In this document: positions 1 to 13,000 of the stretch, piece by piece
Layout: every line of letters starts with the position of its first letter
Position numbering within the stretch: the stretch's first letter is position 1
Origin: Leucoraja ocellata
Lineage: Eukaryota
Direction of reading: 5' to 3'
Length of the DNA: 49,416 nt
Assembly (NCBI GenBank): GCA_036785375.1
Contig: JAWMAR010004485.1
Location: 1-49,416, forward strand
Program-made: the position numbers and the translations under genes
The notes under the pieces: generated by a model
Told to the model about the DNA's origin: nothing
Database searches by the model: none
Seen by the model: the letters and a program-made list of their open reading frames with translations, nothing else

Positions 1-475
1 CCCCTCTCTCCTCCTCCCTTCCCCCTCTACTCCACCCTTCCCCCTCTCCTCCTCCTTCCCCCTCTCTTTCTCCTTACCCCTCTCTTCCACCTCTCCTCCT
101 ACCCTCTCTCTTCCTCCCTCTTCTCCTCCTCCTCCTTCCCTCTCTCTTCCTCCCTCCTCTCCTCCTCCCCCTCTTTCTCTCCCTCCTCCCTCTCTCTCTC
201 TGTTCCCTCCATCCTCCGCCTTCCCTTCCCTCTCTTCTCCTCCTTCCCTCTCTCCTCGTCCATTCTTCTTCTCCTTCTTCCCTCTCTCTCCCTCTTCCTT
301 CCCTCTTTCCCCCCATCTCCCCTCTCCTCCTTCCCTCTATCACTCCTTCCACTCCTCTCTTCCTTCGCTCTTTCCCCCTCCTCCTTCCCTCTCTCTCTCC
401 CCCACTCTCTTCTCGTCCTTCCCTCTCTCTCTTCCGCCATCTTCCCTCTTTCCCCCTCTTCCTTCCCCCTCTCTT
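1..475. repeat. CT-rich (polypyrimidine) low-complexity tract
   Basis: Almost only C/T on the + strand; explains the spurious R/G/E-rich ORFs 74..529 and 99..440. Confidence 0.95.
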
Positions 476-760
476 AGGCTGTGGGCCGAGCATCAAAAAT
501 GTGTCTAGAAATAGGATTTTGTGACCCAAGTCACCAAACTACATGAAATGTTGACATATTGTGTAAAGATATTTATATAAATCACCCCTGAAACTCGATA
601 TGAAGAAGACTTGCACATTTGTATTAAATTAGAGAAAACCGGGAAAAATGTGGGTAATGTTTGAGTCCAATCAAAGCAGATTTAACATTGAGTTGTCTGC
701 CAGTTGGCCAATCACACGCTTTGTTTCAGGCTAGCACACAACATGGCTGAGGGGGCTTCA

Positions 761-1956
761 CAGATGCCTGTTTTACTGGACATTCCGATTTGTGGTTCTG
801 TGGAATAAATGTCGTGGAAACTTGCAGCACGTAATTGTATTTAGTGGGAAAAGCATTAAAAAGGCTGAAGAAAGTGCTGCTAAGTTGATGGAAGTGTTGA
901 AATTGATGGAAGTCTTGAAAGCAAAGTCCCTGCTGAGGTCCTGGAACACAAAGAAGAGCCAGGAACCAACTATAACTAAAAGGTAATATCTAAAGTCTGG
1001 ATTTGTGAAAATCTATCTGCATGGTGTTTAATTAATTTAATTGCAACCTTTTATAATGTGAATAAATTCATTAATTCACTTACTTCATTCATCCATTTAC
1101 TTCATTCATTCATGAAGTTGAGGGCCTAAAATATATGTTTCCATAACACAGTCAATTAAACATTGTCACTAATGCCAGCTTGTTGTAGAGTAATAAGTAT
1201 TTAACAGCTAATCTCGGAGCTGCCTGCGAAAACTTACCAGGAAAAAAGTGCTCCGATCGCGAGGCCTAGGTACTCGCGGTAAAGTGAAGCCGCGGTCTCA
1301 ATTATTAAGCGGCTGATTCGCGAACGCGGAGCTGCGGATCATCTCCACTGTACATAGTGCCATCTATAGCGGCCGTTATCCGACCCCGACAACGGGAAAA
1401 AAACGGAGGGATATCGATCGCTATTGATAGGCTTCCATTGCAGTGGAATTCCATTCCGTTTTATTCCGTTCGCGAATCGGCCGCTTATTAATTGAGACCG
1501 CGGCTTAACTTTACTGCGAGTTTTCAATAGCATGCGCATTAAATCTGCAATCACAATTCTTCTGGCAATTTCACGAATTAATGCATTAATGAATGAAGTA
1601 AATGAATGGATGAAGTAAGTGAAGGAATGAATTTATTCACATTATAAAAGGGTGCAATTAAATTAATTAAACACCATACAGATAGATTTTCATAAATCCA
1701 GACTTTAGATCTTACCTTTTAGTTAGAGTTGGTTCCTGGCTCTTAATCTTTGTGTTCCAGGACCTCAGCAGGGATCTTTGCTTTCAAGATCTTTGCTTTC
1801 AAGACTTCCATCACTTTCAACACTTCCATCAACTTAGCAGCACTTTCTTCAGCCTTTTTAATGCTTTTCCCACTAAATACAATTACGTGCTGTAAGTTTC
1901 CACGACATTTATTCTACAGAACAACACATCGGAATCTCCAGTAAAACAGGCATCTG
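761..1956. mobile_element. Foldback / non-autonomous DNA transposon-like element with long inverted repeats
   Basis: 761-~1110 is the reverse complement of ~1588-1956 (CAGATGCCTGTTTTACTGGA ... TCCAGTAAAACAGGCATCTG). A second nested inverted pair sits at ~1273-1326 / ~1467-1521. The right arm abuts the L1/Tx1 copy. Confidence 0.7.
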
Positions 1957-1957
1957 A

Positions 1958-3410
1958 GGAGTGCTATCCGTACGATATAGGAACGATCCTGCTCTCACCG
2001 ATAAAATTGAATAGTATAATATATAAGAAGAACCCAATTATTCACAATATAATAAGAATTTGGAAACAAATAAAAGCATCCTTGAAATTAAATAATTTAT
2101 CAGTACTAACCCCACTATTGAACAACCCCGCATTCAAACCTTCTCTCATCGACAACACATATCAACAATGGGATAGACTGGGGATTAGGAAAGTAGGGGA
2201 CATGTATGAAGTGGGCAAACTGTTATCATTTCAACAATTAAAATTAAAATTTAAATTGAAGGATAATCAATATTTTAAATATATACAGGTATGTGACTTT
2301 ATGAAGAAACATACACATATATTTCAAACTATATTTTTAGATCCTTTAGAAGAAGCAATGAATATCAAGGCTGATTCACAAAAATTAATATCATACTTTT
2401 ATAATAATATATTAAATAGAGAATCACCCTCAACAGAAGCATTAAGGGAAGATTGGGAACAAGAGCTAATGACAAAGATCTGTAAGGATAGATGGGAAAA
2501 ATATTTGATGAATACACATAACTGTTCTATTAATGCAAGACATAATTTAATTCAATTCAAATTATTACATAGACTATATTATTCAAAAACGAGGTTGAAT
2601 AAATTTTATCCAAACGTCTCTCCCAGATGCGATAAATGTTTGTTTCAAAACGCTAATATAACACACTCATTTGTTGGATGTACAAAGTTGAATAAATTTT
2701 GGAGTGATATATTTGATATATTTACAAAGATTTTCAAGTCAAGAATAGAACCCAAAACGGAATGGATTATATTTCGAATAACAGGAGAAGATACCAATTT
2801 AAATAAAGATCAAAATGTTTTTTTTAATTATGGGTTAATAATTGGAAAGAAATTGATACTTAAATTTTGGAAAAATACAACCACACCAACTGTTAAAATG
2901 TGGATTAGGAATATGATGGACATAGCACGCCTTGAAGAAATGAGACTCCGACTAATAGATAAATATGACCAATTCTTAAAGAGTTGGTCTCCTTTCATCG
3001 ACTTTTTGGAATCATGTGATGCAGCGGTGCCGTAAAGATTGCCGATTTCAGTTCATGACGCGGATAGATCTACATCTCCGAATACAGATTTGAAAAATTC
3101 TCTTTTAAGGGGCCTTCTCTTCTATTTCTACTTTCCTCTTTCTCTCTTCCTTTTTTTATTTTTTATATACACACTTCACGTTTTTCTACTCTCTACCATC
3201 TATTTTTCCACTTTTTCCCCTTTCTATTGCTTTCTTTTTCTTGTTCTGCTTACTTCTTTCTTATAACATAAAACTAGAGGTTGTACATAGAATGGATTAC
3301 GGTATTACATAGTTGACACCTAAAATTAGGTGCCACTGTACTGTTTTGTGCTGTATTAACTTCTAATAAGATAAACAAAAAAAAAACAAAAAAACAAAAA
3401 AACAAAAAAA
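1958..3410 (+). mobile_element. L1/Tx1-clade LINE, 5'-truncated (ORF2 C-terminus, 3' UTR, A-rich tail)
   Basis: ORF 2007-3035 has QFKLLHRLYY and a CCHC motif (CDKC...HSFVGC) typical of the L1-clade ORF2 C-terminus; (A)nC(A)n tail at ~3372-3410. Confidence 0.85.
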
Positions 3411-3412
3411 CA

Positions 3413-6400
3413 TTTACTTTGGAGTCACGTGAGTGATTCCGTGAAGATCCCAGCCCAGTGCGCAGTTGCGGCATTATCGCTCAGCTGTGCAACACGGCCA
3501 GCGGGAGTCGGGCGCTCCCGCAACCAAGGACGTGAGGTAATTACTTACCTTAATCGGGCCTTGTGGTTTTTGCTCCAGGGGGAGCAAAGCAGCAGAGGAA
3601 GCGGCCCCCGTTCGACTCCAGCGAAGGAGCCGACAGTGGATGGGGATAGGCGCAAACGGGACCGCACACGCTGCGGACCGCTGACGGGAGCTGCGCTGAT
3701 GCCGGTCCGCTGAACAGCTGAAGAAGGGTTTCGGCCCGAAACGTTGCCTATTTCCTTCGCTCCATAGATGCTGCTGCACCCGCTGAGTTTCTCCAGCTTT
3801 TTTGTGTAACCCGCTGAACAGCTGTTCGGTTAACAGCAGCGGACGGGAGGGAAATTTTAAAAACCCGACCGGCAGCCCTGCAGACTCCTGACAAGGTGAA
3901 TCGCCGCCCGGGAACCGTTACAACGCCGCCTGAAAAACGGCAGGCAGCCTCTACATACAGGTAAGACAAAAACCTTACCAAAATTACAGGTTCTACAGGA
4001 ATCAACTTCCTCCAACACTGGAACAGGCTGGAGACAGCAAAAATAAGTATGTCTGTCTCCCCAAGCCAGAGGAGGTCATGGAGTTCACCTCCAGGAAAAC
4101 GAGGGTCACTGGCTGAATGCCAAGGGAGCTGACTCCTACCCCAGTGCTATTGCACTAGCCATCTCCCTTGTCGAGGGATTGATACGACAACGGAGTTTGA
4201 GCTATGCCTCCTCCAATTTATAGCACACCCTTTTGCTCCCTCTTTTGAGGCTAGCTAAGGAGGCCAGGGCTGGGCTGGCTTAAACGCAGGGCAGGCGGAC
4301 GTGAACAGCAGTATGCCAGGGGAGCAGGATCAGGAAGAGCTACTGGGTGTCGTGGGCCACTACATGGCTCCTCCACGCGACCATCTTCCCAAACAAAGCC
4401 CTGCAGGAGCAGGCCTTTCTAGAGGCAAATCCGCAGGCAGCTGGGTCAGCAGACTCGCAGACAAGAGCTAAAAGCAGCGAATTCTGAAGCTCCTAACAGA
4501 GGGTCAAGATGTCACCGCCTTTGCTCGTTTTTTCCACGGATCATACTCACCTGGCAGGCGAGACGCCATGATCACCAAGGTGGTTCTCACATGATGAGAC
4601 TATCCCGTTGCACTACGAGTGTGCTGACGCCTAAGATGTTCCCAAATTTGGGATACTCGACTGACATTTGTGCATATAAGACCTGCCCGCAACCCCAAAT
4701 ATACGGGGCTATGCAAACCGCTGCTGCGGGAAGAAAGGCAGCTAACCTGTGCGCCTCATGAGGGCAGGCCATGGAACGAGCAGGACATCGCATCCAACAC
4801 CCAGCTGGCAGCACCCCTCGGCAACCACCAGCAAATATCGAACAAGGACTGGTGAAAGCCTGGCGACCGCTTCACATTACCCCCAAAGTTCTTTTTAGAC
4901 ACGGGCCCAGAGCGGAGCCGTGGGAAAATGCGCCGCCCCACCGACAGCACCAGCATACCAGCAAACTAGGCCTTCATGAAAAAACAATAAACATGGAGGT
5001 AGGTAGTCTGGTTCCTCCCAGTTTACACTAAATAAGGGTGTTCTACTAACTGCGGGGGGGGGGGGGGGGCATTTACACTTGTTGATATAGCATGGGGTGC
5101 TGTCACAAATAACTAATATATACTCAACAGTATTAGTGGATAAAAACTTGAATTCAAATTGGGCATATTACCGCCAGTTCAGCAATGCGCCCAAAGGGCA
5201 TTTTCTCCCTCTAAGAAAGAGAAGTGAGAAGGTCAAGCTGAACTAGAAAGGCTCATTACTAAACGGATCATGGGAGTAAACATGAACCATTGGAATTTGT
5301 ATCGAATATATTCACCAAAACTACGAAAGATGGTGAATGTAGCATCATCAGTGATCTAATATCACTAAATAAATATGTTGAGTATATACACTTTAAGATG
5401 GAGACGGGTTTTTGTCACTGCCAGACATCTGATCTCCAAAGGATACCTTATGGCGAGTATTGATATGGAAGATGCTAACTATCTTATACCCATACACTAG
5501 GATCATTGTAGATACCTAAAAAAAAATACGTGGATAATGGATATCCCGGTTAGGGCAACAATGGGAGTATAGAGCATTCCCAATGGTCTAACCTCAGCCC
5601 TAAACTATTATAAATATTAAAAATAGCCATGAAAATATTAAGAAAACAAGCATAATCATGGCATATATTGAATGATATCCCCATATTAGGGGGAACAAAG
5701 GAATTAGCTGTGGCAGCAGTTCTAGCTACGAAACAGCTCCCTAAAGCACTGAGGTTTATCCCACGCCCAGATAAACCAGAATTGAAGCCGTTAACTACCA
5801 TGGATTATCTGGGCTTCAATAACAATTCCATCCATACTTTGCCAAGGTACTTGGGTCACTATAATCAAATCATGAATGTACCCACTGAAGCTATATCACA
5901 ATTACAGTGGTGGGCAGACATATGTTTGGCATAGTTTTCAGCCCTATTATCATCACCAATCCCAACTTGGTTATTAAAAACCGATGCCAGTACTTTAGGC
6001 TGGGGAGCAACTAAACTCCATATCCAGCACAGGTAACAGATGGACCAATTCAGAATCATCGTTACTGCACACACCGGGCATCAACTACTTGGGATTGGTG
6101 ATCGCCTATTGGGCTAAAAAGCATATGCATTTCAAATGCAGCACGTACATATGTGGTTACGGATTGATAATACTATGGTGGTGGCTTATATCAACCATAT
6201 GGGGAGCACAAAATCATTATCGTGCAACAAATTGGTTAACAGATCTGGCAATGGTGTGGCAACAGACATTTTAACTATCAGCTGCCTATGTCCTAGGAAG
6301 CTAGAACACAGTGGGAGACACCACGTCACGGGTAAAAATTTATGATAACATTGAATAGATGTCAAACCCAAAATATCTGCTAAAGGTTTGAAAGCCAGAT

Positions 6401-8290
6401 ATCAATTTGGTTGCACAAGACGGAATCACCAGTAACCTATGTATGTGACTTAGGAATCAGACCAGAGGCAGCAGCGATAGATCCCTACACGCTGGAAGGG
6501 GGAATTTCTGCTTTGCCTTCCTCCCTTCTGCCTCATCAGTCGGGCACTTCGCAATACAGATGGAATCTGTCTCCGAGATATTGAACGTGCCCGACCGGCC
6601 TACACAGCCATGGTTCCCAGTTCATCACGACATGGTGGGCGAGTCACCTATGGATTTCCCTAGTGGACCATGGTTGCTGACTCAACCCAGTATCAGGCAT
6701 AAGCCACCCATGCCATAATAACATCAAACTCCTGGGTTCAGGTTTTGAATAGACCTTACCAGGCACTGGGATTATCCAAACGAACCATTACCACCATGTC
6801 GGCATCCCTGCGAACAGTCACCAAGAGCTAACATGGGTAAAATACTGCCACGACGCAGAGACAACATACCAAACTATTCAACCACTGACGTATTGGAGTT
6901 CCTGGAACATCCACACCATGACTAAAAGGTGAGTTACAGTGCCGTAAATACAGCATGGAGCGCCTTGTCTGCTTATCTAAAACAGCAGGACAGCAGAGCA
7001 TGGGATCCCATCCACTGAAGATAAACTTATGAAGGGCAATTATAATAATAAACCCCAAAAACCCAGGTATACCCATGTATGGGATATCGGTGTGATATTG
7101 ACATATCTCAGGGAATGGCACCAGCCAGATCCCTCAGTCTTGCTCAGTTTGAAACGCTCATGCTTATGGCTCTCGTATACGCTCACAGAGTCCAGTCACT
7201 CCATAAAACTAGACTGGATAACATGGTGATTACCCCAGACGCATCACGTTCATATTCTAGGTCTGGTAAAAATCTAACTCGCAGGTATATGGGACTAGGC
7301 GAGATTATGAGTTCGGCACGGACTAGTAGGGTCGAGATGGCCTGAGTTTTCCGTGCTGCAATTGTCATATGGTTATATAGACCAGGAACGCCCTATTCAC
7401 TGGTGGGATTCCGGGCCTACCCACCAGAGTCCAGGTTGAGTGTGGTGACCCATCTACTACTATATATAGACACAACCCACAATCTTAGAGGGAGAGGAAA
7501 GCCTATGGTTCAACCACAGAAACCCCAAGACGGGGTACGAGCCAAACCACTCCAAGGTGGCTCAAACGGGTACTGAAAGCTGCCGGAATAGATAATAATA
7601 CATTTTAATCCCATTCCACTAGGGCAGCATTGATATCAGCGGCTGAACGAATGGACATCACGGTTGACCACATTCTCAATACGGTAGGATGTTCAAGGGA
7701 ACGACGTTCAGTACATTTTTTATTGTAAACCGTTGATAAGCCTGATTTAATTGCAGAAAGAATATTACAAACTGCAATATTAATTTAAGCTCAGGGGAGC
7801 TAGTTATGTTGTTATTGTTAACAAATACCTTTCTGTTTCTTGTGAAAGCAGATCCATTGGTTTATTACGATAACACTTCCTCCCTCAAAAACTTCGGCAG
7901 TGAGTGAAATAAAAACTGTTACACGGTTTGAAATCACAGACCTTTGAAGTCTTCACGGAATCACTCACGTGACTCCGAAGTACAATAGTAAGATTAAACG
8001 AGTACTTACCAGTATGAAGTTTGATCTGTATTTTATGAGGAGTTACGGTGAGGTATTACGTGCCCTCCGCTCCCACCCTCAATATATAGATCAAACTAAT
8101 AAACTGATGTCTCATGATCTTTACTATCTTACTATAAATATTGTGTCTATCCTGTGATTTCACACCGCTGCTTCGAAGTATGTCGCACCTGCGCACTGGG
8201 CCGGGGTCTTCACGTAATCCCTCATCGTAACTCCTCATAAAATACAGATCAAACTTCATACTGGTAAGTACTCGTTTAATCTTACTATTA
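3413..8290 (+). mobile_element. Decayed DIRS1-like tyrosine-recombinase retrotransposon
   Basis: Internal complementary region: 7950-7982 is the reverse complement of the left end (3415-3447) and 7984-8053 is the reverse complement of the right end (8219-8289). Coding remnants: RT (~5300-5900), RNase H (TDASTLGWGA ~5980; DNTMVVAYINHMG), and tyrosine recombinase (KPRYTHVWD, HSTRAA at ~7612). Many stops and frameshifts. Confidence 0.85.
4543..4672 (+). pseudogene. RNU1: U1 snRNA pseudogene (3'-truncated after the Sm site)
   Basis: ATACTCACCTGGCAGGCGAGACGCCATGATCACCAAGGTGGTT...TTGCACT...GTGCTGAC...CCCAAAT.TGGGA.ACTCGACTG...ATTTGTG is colinear with vertebrate U1; stem-loop IV is absent; many substitutions. 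Confidence 0.85.
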
Positions 8291-8985
8291 TCGTGCATAG
8301 TTCCTTGAAGGTAGAATCTCATACATATAGGGTGGTAAAGAAAGCTTTTGGAATGCTAGCCTTTATAAATCAGTGCATTGAGTATAGAAGGTGGGATGTA
8401 ATGTTAAAATTGTACAAGGCATTGGTGAGACCAAATCTGGAGTACGGTGTACAATTTTGGTCGCTTAATTATAGGAAGGTTGTCAACACAATGGAGAGAG
8501 TACAGAGGAGATTTACTAGAATGTTGCCTGGGTTTCAACAACTAAGTTACATAGAAAGGTTGAATAAGTTAGGTCTTTATTCTCTGGAGCGCAGAAGGTT
8601 AAGGGGGGACTTGATATAAGTATTTAAAATGATGAGAGGGATAGGCAGAGTTGATATGGACAAGGTTTTCCCTTTGAGAATAGGGAAGATTCAAACAAGG
8701 GGACATGACTTCCGAATTAAGGGACATAAGTTTAGAGGTTACACGAGGGGGAACTTCTTTACGCAGAGAGTGGTAGCGGTGTGGAATGAGCTCCCAGTGG
8801 AAGTGGTGGAGGCAGGTTCATTGGTATCATTTAAAAATCAATTGGATAGGCATATGGATGAGAAGGGAATGGAGGGTTATGATATGAGTGCAGGCAGGTG
8901 GGACTAAGGGAAACAAGTTGTTCGGCGCGGACTTGTAGGGCCGAGATGGCCTGTTTCCGTGCTGTGATGGTTATATAGTTATATG
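8291..8985 (+). mobile_element. CR1-clade LINE 3' fragment
   Basis: LYKALVRPNLEY, LERRRLRGDLI and TRGH...FFTQRVV..WNELP motifs. Confidence 0.85.
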
Positions 8986-9369
8986 TTTATATGGTGAGCA
9001 GCACCCAAACATACGTCTCCAACTACGACCCAGCCAAGGTCGAGTCTTTGGGCCTAGGGAGCATTGTTTGGACAATTATGTTGGTCTCTTACTTTGTGGA
9101 CCTTCAAGACATCTCGACCAAGAAGGAGCAGAATTTGTGCACCAGGGTCGAGTTCAGGGATGAGGTGAGCAATAGCCTCAAGGTGGGAATGGTGTTTGGC
9201 AGCCTCAGGAGTAGGGATTTCTGATCCCTACTGTATGAAATATTTGGGATGTAAGGTGAGTGGATGCGATAAGGATCAATAATGTTGAATTAATCTCTGT
9301 AAATATTGTCACCTATAATGAATGATGAGAGATGGTGGGAATTGTGAGACTTCTTCCACCCGGTGAATA

Positions 9370-12300
9370 GTCAAGCAACTGGGGAAGTGATTTTGTTCAT
9401 TGATTCTGTAATGATCAGCAGGGATGGTTGATAATAGTTTGAGGACTTCACTGGGAACAGCAAATCATTCATTTTTAAAAAGTCCATATTTTCTTCATAT
9501 TTCTTCTCTTTGAGTTTACAACACTTCATCACATTGTGGCCCACTTCATCACAAAATGGAAAAAATCCCTTCTTAATAGTTGGTGCATCCTCTCTGGTAC
9601 CAACCAACGCCTTCTTAGGTATTATAGTGGTAGCAACATTGCTTTTCTTAGGCCCTGTCTTTTGTTTAGTTTTGGTAAAGTAGAACCTTTATAAGTTGCA
9701 AGTGGTTTGGCTTCTTCAATAGTTCCGTGGTATGAGTTTAACATGTACTATACTTCTCTTTCTAAAACTTCCACCAGGTCTGGTGGCCTGGCTACTTTTT
9801 TGCTCTTATATCATACTTCTTCTGCCCTATCTCTCCACTTTTCTCTCATTCTTCTGGGCAACTTGTTAATGATGATTCATTTTTCATCGAGCTGCTACAT
9901 TCTCTCAGAAATATTGCACATTCACTCAATTTTTCCCCATCTTCTGGTTTGATTTCTTTCCAAGCATGGGCCTTTTCAATGTATGCATTCGTAATCCTCT
10001 GTAATCCTAATAGCAAAGAAACCAGTTGTGGCCTGCCTAAATGACTCCCGCCCTGTCGCCCTGACCCCAATAATAATGAAGTGCTTAAAACGCCTGGTGA
10101 AACCCCACATTAATGCCAGCCTCCCCTCATCGTTAGACCCCCTCCAGTTTGCCTATCACCCCAACCGTTCTACAGAGGATGCCATCTATACCACGCTGCA
10201 CACAGTACTCACGCATCTGGAAAACAAGAACACATACGCCAGAATCCTGTACATTGATTTCAGCTCAGCGTTTAACATCATCATCCCACAGAGACTTGTG
10301 GAGAAAATAACCCTGCTGGGCCTCAACACCACCCTGTGTCACTGGATCCTGGGCTTTCTGACAGAGAGACCGCAGTCAGTCCGTGTTGGCAAGAATACCT
10401 CGGGCTCAATCACGCTGAGCACCGGCTCCCCTCAAGGCTGTGTACTCAGCCCGCTGTTGTTCACAATGCTCACACATGACTGTGCTGCCAGATTCAGGGA
10501 CAATAAGATCATAAAATTCGCGGATTACACTACAGTGGTGGGACTCATCAGCGGAGAGGATGAATCAATGTACAGGGAGGAAGTAAAACAACTAGTGGAC
10601 TTGTGCGGCAAAACAATCTAGAATTAAATGTCGACAAAACGAAAGAGATGGTTGTCGACTTCAGGAGGTCGCAGGCAAAACACACACCCCTCAACATCAG
10701 TGGCACCAAAGTGGAGAGAGCGGAGAGCATAAAGTTCCTCGGTGTGCAAATTACAGACAGTCTCACCTTGTCCAGGAATATCACTGGCATTGGAAAACGG
10801 GCCCATCAGCGACTGCACTACCTGAGGAAACTCAAACAGGTCTCACTCCCCACCAACATCCTCAGGACTTTTTACAGGGACACGGTAGTTTCTGTACTCT
10901 CGTGCTGTATACACATGGAGTATTCCAACTGTAACAGCTCAGACAGGAAGGCTCTGCAGAGGGTAGTGAGGGGAGCAGTGAGGATCATTGGCGTCCCCTA
11001 ATCTCGTTGCAGGAACTGTTCCAGAGCCGCTGTCGGAAGAAAGTTCTGAGAATAGCTGAGGACAAACTGCACCCCCTCCACATACACCTGGATCTCCAGC
11101 CATCAGGCAAGGGATACCGTAGCAACAAAGCCCGGACTACAAGACTGCTAAACAGCTTCCTGCCACAAGCTGTGAGGCTGCTAAACAGTCACTCTGTACT
11201 CACAGTCACTTGGTTCTGCGGCTTGCACGGACATTTTAATAACTGGCACAGACCACTCAAATCAGCTGCCCTGGACATTTTAAGCATCGGTTTTACTGTA
11301 TTTTAATGTTGCTGAATAACCTGTTTTTGACTATTTATNNNNNNNNNNNNNNNNNNNNNNNNNNNNNNNNNNNNNNNNNNNNNNNNNNNNNNNNNNNNNN
11401 NNNNNNNNNNNNNNNNNNNNNNNNNNNNNNNNNNNNNNNNNNNNNNNNNNNNNNNNNNNNNNNNNNNNNTTAGTAACCTTCTCGCCTTTCTATGTCCCTA
11501 GCTGCCTGGCTCCATCTGACAACTTTCTACAAGGACCTTCAAACTTCCTTTTGTGTACTTCACCAGAAATCGTAAGCGCTCTTTTTCATCCTTAACTTTC
11601 ATCTCTAATACCTCCTCTAGTGCCCTTACAAAAGTTTCATGCTCCAAAGGATCTCCAGCATACGCAGGAATTTCTACTGGTGGTAAAATGAGAGAGGTAT
11701 TTTGTCGAGCTATAATCTCGTTGAATTCAGATTCTCTATTGAACAGTGCCAATAATCCATCCTGATCCCCTTCTCTTGACTCCACCTGTTGATAAACTGG
11801 CCTTTATGATTCAAACTGGCTTACCCGAGCCTGTGCACCAGGCCTCCACATAGCATGGTTTGTCTCGAGCATCCGCAGACGCTCCAATAGTCATAGGTTT
11901 CAATGTAGCACGCATTTGCTGTGTTGAGGTTTTACCCATCTTCCTCTGTTCCTATGAGTTTCCAAAGCGTATAAAAGCAGTGGACCTCGATTATGGAATT
12001 GATCCAACTGCTAATTTACATCGAGCAGTTTTCCTTCTTGGTCCAGAGCTCATCGTCCTCGATGATCTAGAGCTGCATCTTGACCCCACTCCATCGAGTA
12101 TGTCCTTCCTGGTTTTGGCCACCGCCATCTTTGTGGCTAATTCCAATTGTTCCTGCTGTCACTTCATCTGTTCCTCTCTGTCGTCTTCTCTTGCTTCATC
12201 TCTTCTTGCTGTCGTGTCATCTTATGTGTTCTCTCTTCTAGCTGTAACACCATGTCTTCTTGACGTCGCCTCATCTCTCGCTCGCTCATGTTTTTTCTTC

Positions 12301-13000
12301 ACGGCATCCGCTTCCATTGAGAGCACAGCTAAATCAGCTTTTGCTCAAAATTGAGCAGAAGCCCTCGAAACCGAACTGACTGAGCAACCAAATCTGCGGC
12401 CTGATTTTCGTGAAGATACATTCGAGATACTATCTCGACGTCTAAATTCATCTTCCATTCTGGCACCTTGTTGCTTCGCACTTCCAGCTACAAAGCTCGT
12501 CACTTGTGACATAATTTCAGATAACCACTTATCTGCATTTTTCTTGAACCCGTTGAATATCTTCTTCCTGTCTTCATCCCCCTGGGTATAACGTCTGCGT
12601 TCTTCCCAAGACAGGACTGAACACAGCAGTACCTTCTGTTTCTTTCCAACCTCCTGGTAGACGTTCCATAGTTGGCTCATATTAGATTTCACCTTGATCA
12701 CGTTCTGTTCTGATTACATTAGTTATGTCTGTGTATCAATCAATCTCGTCACCTGCAGCCATAATTCATTTCTCTCTTTCTCGGTTTCCCTCAGACGGGC
12801 AGCATGTGAAATATATGTTTCTTCAAGTTGTCTAGTTCTTTCTTCACCACCACGTGGTTCTTCTGACATCGCTCTGCCTCCATCTTCTTCTAAATTCATG
12901 ATTTTAAAGAGGTTGTGTCAGATTGCCAAGTCTTTAAATTAGTCGAACAAATCTGTACTAGTAGCTGTGGCTTTGTTTTTTAATCAGCAATTTCTTCCAA
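9370..13000 (-). mobile_element. BEL/Pao LTR retrotransposon gag remnant, interrupted by a Rex1/Babar LINE and a gap
   Basis: LPPVEIPAYAGDPLEHETFVRALEE...ERLRFLVKYTKG (11498-11785) and AYIEKAHAWKEIKPEDGEKLSECAIFLREC (~9850-10000) resemble BEL/Pao gag (DUF1759). Boundaries are approximate; 5' UTR/LTR may extend to ~14080. Confidence 0.7.
10020..11338 (+). mobile_element. Rex1/Babar-clade LINE RT fragment
   Basis: [57 protein letters not shown], then KTKEMVVDFRR and RTTRLLNSFLPQAVRLLN, with frameshifts. Confidence 0.88.

Noticed and set aside
74-529. R/G/E-rich ORFs
   Set aside because: Artefact of the CT-rich low-complexity tract.
4543-4672. Functional U1 snRNA gene
   Set aside because: Lacks stem-loop IV, has many substitutions and sits inside a retrotransposon.
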